64,000 nt of DNA, taken from positions 186,001 to 250,000 of the forward strand of contig NW_026865402.1 in the NCBI RefSeq assembly GCF_026571515.1. The letters are read 5' to 3'. Below are positions 48,601 through 60,600 of the stretch, piece after piece; position 1 is the stretch's first letter, and the number at the start of each line of letters is the position of its first letter. A program made the translations under genes and the position numbers. The DNA is from Ruditapes philippinarum. Taxonomy: Eukaryota. The notes under the pieces were generated by a model that worked only from the letters and a program-made list of their open reading frames with translations, did not search any database and had not been told where the DNA came from.

Positions 48601-51600
48601 TAAATGCTGTAGAAAAACTGAAAACAAGATATCTCTTAAAAATCAAAATCCATTTAGAAACTTCAGCATTAATTAAATTAGGAAGTCTTTGATGTCTAAA
48701 TTTAGTAATCAACTACTGCATATAATATTCAGTTAATAAACACACCTTTACTGTGAACATTATATGCCCATAAGAACTCATGTTTACTCATACAACCTCT
48801 ACATATCATCTCCTGAAAGTTACTGGGAGGTTTACAGTCTCCAAGATGCTACAATAGATACAATCATACATTAAAATTAAAATTTAATTATACATAAGCA
48901 ATTCAAAGCTGATAAAGATACAGTCTGGCATCTTAATTTAAGGTTCTAATAAGTTTTAGGATTATCTTCTCAAAACAATAGGGCCATGATGGCCCTGAAA
49001 TCGCTCACCTGTATATAGGCCCCCTGGGCGGGGCTAATTTTAACAAGGGCTTTTATTTAGACACCCATTAATAGAAGATGTTTCATGATAAATATCTAGG
49101 CTCTAGCTCTTTGGGGTTTTTTTAAAGAAGATTTTTTAAGTTTTTACTATTCACACTGGGAGGAATCACGCCGTTCATTACCCAAACAAACAAGATGGCG
49201 GATGCGGCCAAAAAGTAGGATTTTCCCTTTTTTCTCTGAAATTCGTGATTTTCATGTGTAAAGGTACATATAACAACCTTCTCCACAATTTTCCTGGCAC
49301 ACAGAAATTTATTTCATGGTGTTTCGTCCCGTACTTCTTCTGAAATGCGCGTCACCAGATTCGAAGCAAGAGAATTTTCCACCGGTTTGATTGTGGTAAC
49401 GTACGGCTTCTTCTCTAAAATTCACTGTTTCGTTTACATATATGTATATTAACTGAAATCACAGACATTAAAAAGTTGTAATATGTCGGCATCTAAGCAT
49501 TCATGCCCATTCTGGCTAGAATAACCGCAGAAAATATTAAAATCGGGGCATTTTCCGGAAATGATAACGTATGGAGCACAAAATAACAATGATAACGTAC
49601 GGCGCATTTTTGTCTGCTTAATTGATTTTCTATATAAGAGAAAAGTTATGTTACCAGTTACCAGACATAAAAGGATGATTAGAACCAAATAAAGAAACTG
49701 AATATTATTTAGTGTTTGCATAATATCTGTCATGTGTTTTTGTATCGGATAGAAATATCCGATCCGAGGGCGTTTTCGCATTGTGCTGTAACGAGGCTTG
49801 CTAACGTATAGTCCTTGTACAGGTCCCGGAGTGATGGATATTTTAATCCGAAACGTAATCACAAGTTATATGTTTTCTTGCATATCATAGTCGAATATAG
49901 AGCAACTTTTCCACCTTTGGTAAAGTATAAAGATAAAGTATCGTCTTTTGTTCTTTTATTTAAATTAACGCACATATTTTTTTAAGAAATACAGCGCTTT
50001 CATTGGGTGAGAAATAAATTTGGACACTACATAAACTTCTATTTTTCATAGTGCTTAATAGAACCGTGTTCGTAAAATAGACAAGTATAGTGACGAAAGA
50101 AAGTAAATATTAATGAAGCCAAATAAAGCTTGACACTAAGTATGTTAGTATTCATCCGTAGCTGTTCTACGGAAATAAGAAACATTCTCCGGCCGCTATC
50201 GCTCCTGTCAAAGTTTCTAAATTCTGTAGAACAACACATATGAACACTAACTGATTACTACGCTACTATGATAATAGTGTTTACGAAGTATATGTTACTA
50301 ACATATATTTTGTACACACTATTATCATAGTAGCGTAGTAATTTTTACAGCTGTTCTTTCATAAAGATAATGACGTCATCTGAGCGCATTCATGAGCGGT
50401 CTAGCTTTAATGATTTCAGATGGGTTCTTGGACATGGATAAAACATCGAAATCCAAATCCGATTTGTAACTTTATCATGGTCGTTAAAATGTTTACCGCA
50501 AATTTCAACGACACTCTTTTATTGCTGATACCTGCAATATTATTTTGTAAGAGATTGATTGTTTTTGTTGGGGTGTTTGCGAGAAAAAAACGCCAAAATA
50601 TGATACGCAAATTTATGAATTGGATGTAATTGTTTTGATCAAATCAATTATAATAAAAAAACTGTACGGATATGTCGTGCAAATATATCTGACGTCAAAG
50701 TGGCACAACGTCACTCTAAATAGAAAACGTTTCGTCAAATAAACTGGAAATTTCTTATTTAATAAATTTATTGAACTTTTTCGCAAAACATTATTTTCTA
50801 ACTAATTCAATAAATTCAATATAGAACCTATACTCATTCATTATTCTCTTTTATGAAATTCTTTTAATGAGCGACCAGATTGTACAAACACAGGCTCATC
50901 TCATCTGGGTGTAAGCTAGTCGCAATCACTTTTCGTTTTGTTTATGTTTGACGTGGTTCAAATATTAAGATTTTCTTATCAGTAATTTGTTCAAGTAATT
51001 TTGGAAAAGAAAATATATCAAGTCTTCTGTACCATTTTAACATTATTGCTCTGGTTAATGCATTTCTTCTTTCTGATAAGGGGATAAGACCATAATTATC
51101 GCACAACACTGGCGAAATTTAATGTGAAGACAACAATACACAAATTCTGCATTTTATACAAAAATATTCTCAAACTATAAACGTGTGTTTTACTTGGTAT
51201 ATTTACAATGAATATCTATTATGCCACCAAAAAAGATATTGATACCCGATGGTGCAGCATTGTTCAATAATTTATTTCTGAGATGACAAATATCTATCAT
51301 TTCCTACATACAAATAATTTATTATCAGCTGACTGGACAAATAGAAATCCACCGAGTAGAAAAATGCGCCGTACGTTATCATTGATATTTTATGCGCCAT
51401 ACGTTATCATTTCCGGAAAATGCCCCGATATTAATATTTACACCAGTAAATCTAGCCAAAATGGGCATGAATGATTACTTGACAACATATTACAACTTTT
51501 TAAAGTCAGTGGATTCAGTTAAAATACATATATGTAAAAGAAACAGCGAATTTGAGTGAAGAAACCGTACGTTACCACGATCAAACCGGTGGAAAATTCT

Positions 51601-54600
51601 CTAGCTTCGAATCTGGTGACGCGCATTTCAGAAGAAGTACGGGACGAAACACCATGAAATAAATTTCTGTGTGCCAGGAAAATTGTGGAGAAGGTTGTTA
51701 TATGTACCTTTACACAAGAACATCATGAATTTCAGAGAAAAAAGGGAAAAACCTACTTTTTGGCCGCATCCGCCATCTTGTTTGTTTGGGTAACGAACGG
51801 CGTGATTCCTCCCCGTGTATTCAAATATAGAGAAAAAGTATGACCCCCCAGGACGGGACCAATTTTGACCCCCAGGGCTTTTATTTCAACAAACTTGGTA
51901 GACACTCACTATGAGAAATATCATGCCTAGTATCTTAACCCTAGCTCTTTGGGTTTTTTTAAAGAATTTTTTTTAAGTTTTTACTATACGCATACAAGGA
52001 AAATCAATGATCCCAAGGGCGGGCCAATTTTAACCCCAGGGCCCTTATTTGAACAAACTTTGTAGACACCCATTAGAAGATGTTTCATGCTAAATATCTA
52101 AGCTCTAGCTCTTTGGGTTTTTTTAAAAGAAAACTAAGTTTTTACTATATACATAAAAGGAAAAACCATGACCAATTTTAACCCCAGGGCTTTTATTTGA
52201 ACAAACCTGGTAGAATTTGGGTTTTTTTAAAAGAAGATTTTTACTTAAGAAGTTTTTACTATATACAAATAAGGAAAATCATTGACCCCATGGCATGGCC
52301 AATTTTGACCCCCAGGCTTTTATTTCAACAAACTTGGTAAACACTGACTAGACGATGTTTCATGCCAAATATTTTAGTTCTTTTTTTTTTTTCAAAAGAT
52401 CTTTTAAGTTTTTTCTATTGGTTGCCATGGCAACTAGAGTTCTAAATGGAATTAAATTCTTTGAACAATTTTTAAAGTTGATTACCAAAGAAACTTTCAT
52501 GTGAAGTTTGGATGAAATTGGCTCAGCGGTTTATGAGGAGATGTTGTTTAAAGTAAAAGTTTATGGACAGCCGGACGCCGGACAAAAAGCGATCACAAAA
52601 GCTCACCATTTCACTTTGTGACAGGTGAGCTAAAAATAAAATATACCAACTTTTTATAAAATAGAGAAATACCTAAAGAAAGCCTGACAATGCAAAATTG
52701 AAAATGCTTTTTAAAGACTAAACTGAAAACTAAAAGTGAATAAAGTACATTGATGTAAATGTTAACCAAGGTTTCCTACAAAATTTAAATCTTCAAGTTT
52801 AAATAAACGTTAACCATAGAAATGCTGATTATTTTCTTTCAACAAATACATGTACATGTACAAACAACATTTTAAAACAACACTCTGGAAAAAAAGATTT
52901 CAATTATGAATTCAATAGTTATCAAATTATGCCTGACAAATTTTGAATAAAGTTGAACTTACCCTCCCATGATACCAGTCTTCACAAACAATACATTGAA
53001 TCATCTCATCCTCTATCTAAAAAGTGATCAACAAACATGCTAAATTAATAACTTCATACTGAATATTTATAGACATACATAATGTAAAATATAAATAAAG
53101 TTGCCCTTTAACTAGAATGTCATGATATCTAGTATTATTTCAATAGATTAAGATAACTGAAGAAGCAACAAAAATGATTTAATTTTAGCAAATCAAATTT
53201 ACTGGCAAAATGGCATTTCAGTAAACATTTAATAATCAATTTACATTTTAATAAGACAACAAGGCATTTTTCAACCTATAACCAGGGGGCCGAAATAAGG
53301 CTCCATTCCCAATCCTAAATAACCTTTTTTCCCCAATTGATTATTTCATAAAACAAGAGGGCCATGATGGCCCTAGATCGCTCACCTGACCCATCAAACT
53401 CATCCAAACAATTACCTAGACAAGCATTCTGACCAAGTCTCATGACAGGTGAGTCAAAAATGTGACCACTACAGTGTTAACAAGGATTATCCATATTTGA
53501 GCAGTGTGACCTAGTTTTTTACCCAGGTGACCCATATTCAAACTTGACCTAGAAATCATCAAAACAAACTTTCAGACCAATTTCCAGGATACTTGGATCA
53601 AAACAGTAGCAACTAGAGTGTTAACAAAATTTTTCTATTTTTAGCTCCTGTGACCTAGTTTCACATGCTACTTCGAACTCATCCGAGCAATTACCTAGAC
53701 AAGCATCCTGACCAAGTTTGATGATAATTGAGTCGAAAATGTGACCACTAGAATGTTAACAAGGTTTATCCATATTTGGGCAGTGTGACCTAGTTTTTCA
53801 TCCAAGATGACCCATGTTCGATCTTGACTTAGAAATCATCAAAACAAACTTTCAGACCAATTTACAGGATATTTGGATCACAACAGTAGCCACTAGAGTG
53901 TTAACAAGATTTTTCTATTTTTAGCTCCTGTGACCTAGTTTTTCATCCGAGATGACCCATGTTCGATTTAATCCCAGCAATGACCTAGACAAGTTTCCTG
54001 ACCAAGTTTGATGACAATTGAGTCAAAATTGTGACCACTAGAGTGTTAACAAGGTTTTTCTATTTTTAGCTCCTGTGACCTAGTTTTTCATCTGAGATGA
54101 CCCATGTTCGAACTCATCCGAGCAAGTACCTAGACAAGCATCCTGATCAAGTTTGATGACACTTGTGTCAAAAATGTGACCGCTAGAGTGTTAACAAGAT
54201 TTTTCTATTTTTAGCTCCTGTGACCTAGTTTTTCATCCGAGATGACCCATGTTCGAACTCATCCAAGCTATCACCTAGACAAGCATCCTGACCAAGTTTG
54301 ATGATGATTGATGCAAAAATGTGACCGCTAGAGTGTTAACAAGGTTTTTCTATTTTTAGCTCCGGTGACCTACTTTTTCATCCGAGATGACCCATGTTCG
54401 AACTCATCCGAGCTATCACCTAGACAAGCATCCTGACCAAGTTTGATGATGATTGAGACAAAAATGTGACCGCTAGAGTGTTAACATGGTTTTTCTATTT
54501 TTAGCTCCTGTGACCTAGTTTTTCATCCGAGATGACACATGTTCAAACTCATCCGAGCTATCAACTAGATAAGCATCCTGACCAAGTTTGATGATGATTG

Positions 54601-57600
54601 AGGCAAAAATGTGACCGCTGGAGTGTTAACAAGGTTTTTCTATTTTTAGCTCCGGTGACCTACTTTTTTTATCCGAGATGACCCATGTTCGAACTCATCC
54701 GAGCTATCACCTAGACAAGCATTCTGACCAAGTTTGATGATGATTGAATTTGATGCAAAAATGTGACCGCAAGAGTGTTAACAAGGTTTTTCTATTTTTA
54801 GCTTCGGTGACCTAGTTTTTCATCCGAGATGACCTATGTTCGAACTCATCCGAGCTATCACCTAGACAAACATCCTGACCAAGTTTGATGATGATTGATG
54901 CAAAAATGTGACCGCTGATTTTTAGCTCTTGTGACCTAGTTTTTCATCCGAGATGACCCATGTTCGAACTCATCCGAGCTATCAACTAGATAAGCATCCT
55001 GACCAAGTTTGATGATGATTGAGGCAAAAATGCGACCGCTAGAGTGTTAACAACTAAATGTGAACGGACGACGGACAATCATCGATCCTAAAAGCTCACC
55101 CTGAGCATGCTCAGGTGAGCTAAAACAACAATATCCCAACAGCAGCCCCTAAAAATTAACTGTTTCAATTTTTGAAAAGCAGTGAACTGTTTTGACTGAT
55201 TCCATAGAAAAAAATAACATGTTATATGACCATACACATGTTAAATAAGGTAGATTTTCCACTGCTTAAATTTTCTCAAATTTCCTAAATATTTTTTCCT
55301 CCTTTATAGCTGAAAAAGACCCTGGATATTAAAGATATTTTCTAAAGTTAAGACATGTGATGTTTTACATTAACATCTTCATAAGCAAAGGTAAATCTGA
55401 CCTACTTATAACCATTTACATAACATACAGCTTACAATGAGTACATGTATGAATATATTAACAGTTAGATGTGACTTCAAATATATTAAAAGTTTATTAT
55501 TTTAGATACTGAGAAAATGGCAACTAAGGTATTCTTTCTTTTCTGTTTTTCATATTCAATTGTAAAGAAAGTGATAAAATTTCATTTGTTTAGCAATAAA
55601 AGTAGTTACCTCATCTTCAGGGTCAGGATAGGGGCGTTCACAGACACAGTACAGTCCCTTGAAATTTTGGTTATACTGATTCTTTATGTTATGTTCCTCT
55701 TTATCCTGTTAAAAGATTTGTCATCTCTGATTAGTTTTATGGTTTTATTATAACATATCAAGATGACAGATTTTTAATTTACACTAATGTCATTGATTAT
55801 TCAGTGTGCATGAATTTAAATTATTTGTGCTGTTAATCAGACCTTACTAACTTAATTAAAATGAAAATTAAAATACCACAAAAATTAACTAAGTATCTAT
55901 CTATTTAATTTTATTCCAAAAAGACTAGAAAATTCACAAATACTGTCCTTATCAAAACTTTGAAGAAAGTATAAAATTTTAAACTGAGTATGCACTGATA
56001 ACCAGGGCTCTCATTTGATAAAATTTGGGGCCGAATATGGGCCCCATTCCCCCATTAAAATAGTGTGTTTTTTTTCCCCTTAATCAAAAAAAAAAAAAAT
56101 CCCCCTTGAAAATAATATTTAACTGCCATAGATCAGGGATCACGTTTTAAGTTGAATTTTTATACAAAATATCAAAGATGTAGTCAATTTCATTGGAAAT
56201 AACCAAAATATTTGATATAATTTCATGACAGCAGCTTATTGTTGATAAATTTGTTAACTGAATCTTGTTTTCACTTGTTTTTATTTTAATAAATCAATTT
56301 TCTTCTATTGAAATTCCCCCTTGAATCAATGAAAAATATTTTAAAATCATGCGAAATTCCCCCCTGCATGGACCTTGGCCCCAGTCTTAAAATGCTAACG
56401 AGAGCTCTGTGATTACAAAATATTCTTAATCAAGGTCCCAAAAATACTTACTGACTGAAGTTTACACTTAATGTCAGAGAATTTGCTATTTCCACAGTCA
56501 CAACGAAAGTTTCTGAAAGATAGAATTTATAAAATAACTGACAGCACATTTCTCTTCATTTCTAAGTTGGACAGAATTTTATGAATAATAAGTAATTTTT
56601 TTTTTTTAATATGAACCACCATTACATATACAAGGGTTTTTTTTACTAACAAATTGACACCGATAGTCGGCGTCTTCCCCTTGGTAAATATCCAAGTTTT
56701 TCCCAAAAAAATTCTATTTTCCCTTTGAACTGTTAAGGGATAATTACTTAAAAGGTAAAAAATATTAATTTTTTCCATATCAGCAAATGAAACCCACCAA
56801 TTGTTGCCCAAAATATCCAAAAACATTGCAAATTGACTTTTTTCGTATATTTTTCCTCTCCCTACCAGCGTCTTCCCCTTTTCCTAAAAAAAAACCCCTG
56901 ATATATCTGAAAGTACCGTTATTGATATTCTGTCCCTGCAGAAATGCGAAAACTTTTGTTCTATTTCACTAAGCCACTCACTGATTTGAAATACGGCATT
57001 TAAGATAAAACTTCTTATACAAGGTGTAAGAAAAATATAGGTCAACTGTAAGCAGTGTAAGCATTAGGTAACATGGTACTAGGCTAGTACTATTGTGAGA
57101 TTATTGATGTTGCTAAATTAATGATGACTACAATATTATAATGTATAATATACATGTACAAATCTTTAAAACAATAAGTGATTACAGAATAGGGTGATAA
57201 CAAGCAAAATATCTAACATCAACATCAGTCTTAATGGTAACTAAAAATGTTTTTCTATCATTATCATACCTTTTGGTGTAGAGTTCATACAGATCATGAC
57301 CTTCATGGCAAGCATAGCTACAAGCTAGACAAACACCTGCTGGGCCCTTGTCCTTTGTCTCACAAGTTGAACATGCATACAATGCTTGTCTTCCAACATA
57401 GCCCTGAAAAAGTAATAAAGTTTAAATGAAAACTCTTTTAAATGGCTTAACATTTTTAATTTAATATTCTTCTTTTAACCTCTTTCAAACAACTCTTTTT
57501 CCTTTCTTGCCATTTTTGAAAGAAAGAAAGAGAGAGTCAGACAGATAGATGACACCAGTAGTTCTTTAGTTCATGGAAACACACTCAAAAGTGTTTAACT

Positions 57601-60600
57601 GTTTAATAAGGATAAATTATTTAAATGAACTTGTTACCGCTGTGGGTTCGAATCCAGACAGGGACTTTAGATTCTTTCATGTGAGGAAGCTATCCAGCTA
57701 GCTTACGGAACGTCGGTGGTTCTACTCAGGTGCCCGTTCATGCCTGAAATAATGCACGGAGAGGCACCTGAGGTCTTCCTCCACTAATAAAGCTGGAATG
57801 TTGCGATATGACCTACATGTATACTGTGTCGATGTGACGTAAAACCCAAAACAAACAAATGAACTTGTTTTGCAATCAACTTGAAATTAATGTGTTTAAA
57901 CTAAAAAATATTATGTGGATCTCCTAAATATGAATAAACACAGTTTGTACATTATTAAGAAGGAACACTAATGTAATAGTTTGCATCTTAAATGCGTATT
58001 TAAATAAAATTCCTTTTGTTTTTACTTGCGCTACTTTCAATTATTGTTATTTCATGGGCGCAGCCATTTTGTCGTTTATGCCGAAGTAAATCTGGCACGG
58101 CTTTATTCATTGGTTGCAGGGATTTTTTTTGGCTTATTTTATAGCCATTATTGGGTCATATTCCCAATTGAAAGTAGTATATTATTTTCCCAATTCACAG
58201 GAAAAAATTCCCAATTGAAAGTTAAATAATAAAAATATTGAATAAAAATTCTAAAATCTTTGCAAATAAGGGCTTCTTCATTGTAATAGTGCTTAAAATG
58301 TTTAAAGATGCCATCATAGACAGTAATTGTTTGCATCCATTTAATCACTGCAGAACTTCAGTCATGCATTTTTCCCCAATTTTTATCAAAACACTGCTGA
58401 AATTCCCAATAAATATTAGAAATCTAGATATTATTTAAATATCGTAGGGCAATTCTTTCTATAAACTTATAAATTTAACGTAATCCAAATTAGAAAACAT
58501 AGGTTCTATATATTTATATATAAATACAGGGAATTCCCCAGGATCTTTTTTAAGCGCTACATTTTTTAATTAGACGGGGGTGGGTGCGGGAGGGGGTCTT
58601 GACCCCCATACGGCGTGTCGAAAATTTTTGCCATTTTTGGTGTCAAGATACTGCTGTGGGCTGTTTTAAAACAAATAATGAAAGCTTTTCACTTGATAAA
58701 CATTTTCTTAATTTTTTATTATTTACTTTTTCCATTTCCAACAATTCAAATAAATAAACAATTATATATAAACACAAGTTCACAACATGTGATCAACATT
58801 TATATGTATGTGTGTGTTCCATTTAAATGAGTATTTTCAGTTGTTTTTTCTTCATTAACATCATTAAAAGTGGGCCTGTCTTCTAGGCTTGTTGTCCTTC
58901 CATGCATTGACTGCCTTCTCAAAGTTAAAAGATTCTAATGGGGGTCCTTGAAGGGAGACGGCAAGAAGATAGTTTAGAACTTTAACAGAGAGACAATTCC
59001 TGTTTTAAGTCTTAACTCTCTTCAGGCAGCTGCATCCTCTCTCACAATCTGAAATTAATAAATGAAAGTAATCATTTATGTTAACCTCATGTCTTTTATT
59101 TATATTGTTTGTTTGCTGTGAATTTTTGAAAATTTAAAAAACTTCCAGCCTGTTTAAACTTAACTAAGTAAAAAAATTTATATTTGAAATGTTGAAAAAA
59201 TTCTAGCAAAGTGTTACACATCTGCAACTGTCATTGGAATTTCATTAATGTTCAAGAATGAATGAATTTAATAATAATTACCTGCAGTAGAGGTTGGGAG
59301 GAGGAGACCCACAGCAGCAATTCTGTAAAGAGCTGAATTACTGGTAGAAAGGTTGCCAGTAATCCAGGTCATGATCTGGTCGGCTGACTGATCAGTCCCC
59401 TCTAGCCTGGCCAGCTCCTGTATGTCCTGACAAACCAATGCTAAGGGGTAGGACAGTAGATTGCACTTCACAAAGCTGTCCATGAACAGGCTCGATTAAA
59501 GAGGGCCTGCAAAATTAATATTTTTTCATTTTGGGGATTCAGTGAACAGAAACAGATTACAAGATATTTTTAATTAAAAAAGTAAAAATGACCAATTGGC
59601 TGTCACTAAGTGGGTTTGTTGATGTAAAGTTTTTGTTGTTGTTTTCACTCAGTTGCAAGTTGATAATAAACAGTCGTAAATGTTTTCAAGGTTAAAGTAG
59701 CCATCAACCAAATTTATTTCTGAATATCTATGCAGTTTAATCCAAGTAAAATACGATTATCATGTATATATTAAAAAGCAAAATGATCCCGAGACAGTTT
59801 CAACGACATTGCTCACAAAAAACTCTCTTAAAATTGATAGTGAACTAGGCTTCCCTTATTCATGTTAGACATATTATTTTTTTAAATCTTAATACTACAG
59901 TACTGCTTAGACGTAACGATCGTAAGAAAGTGAAAGATGAAATTGAACATTACACGTATATCAAGACAATTAACCCATTTATCCCTAAATATCAAACTGT
60001 TATATCGCATGTAAATTAATGCCAATTATATTAAAAGTTATAACAACTACCTGAAACATGTAAATATCAGACATGCCGCACGCATCTCAATACACGGTAA
60101 TTGAAAACACCTGAAAGTGCACCAACAGTCGTCTGCAGACATCGATGACAGGTGTCTGTGACGTCACACAGTCTAAAGGCAATCAGTGTATCGGGTTGTG
60201 TATACGCCTCGGGTAATAAATTAATTATCTACACAGGACATGTATATTGGCTTGCAGGGCTCACACTGGCTCAAATAAAATAATAGCCAATAATTTTAAC
60301 TTAAAAAAATAATAGCCAAAAGTTCAGCGGACTATTCACGAATTAGCGATTAACAACATAAGCAGTTGATTAAATAAACATTACATTTATATCTTTCAGT
60401 TTTATAAGGATTCTCAAATAAACTGATACATTTGTGTATATTGATAACTACCTGTTTTTAAATAGAACCACAACTTTAATTGTTATTATAGAACAGAAAA
60501 AAAACGTTATAATTAGTATAATTACTGTATAACAATAATATTAAAGATTCATTATAACTTTACATAATGCTGTTATCAGACAACTTTTTTTGTTTGTTCT

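Noticed and set aside
49449-51474. ORFs 49449-49862 (-) and 51283-51474 (+) sharing MRRTLSL..APYVIISGKCPD, resembling paralogous genes
   Set aside because: The similarity comes from the two TIRs of one transposon; there is no domain-like content.
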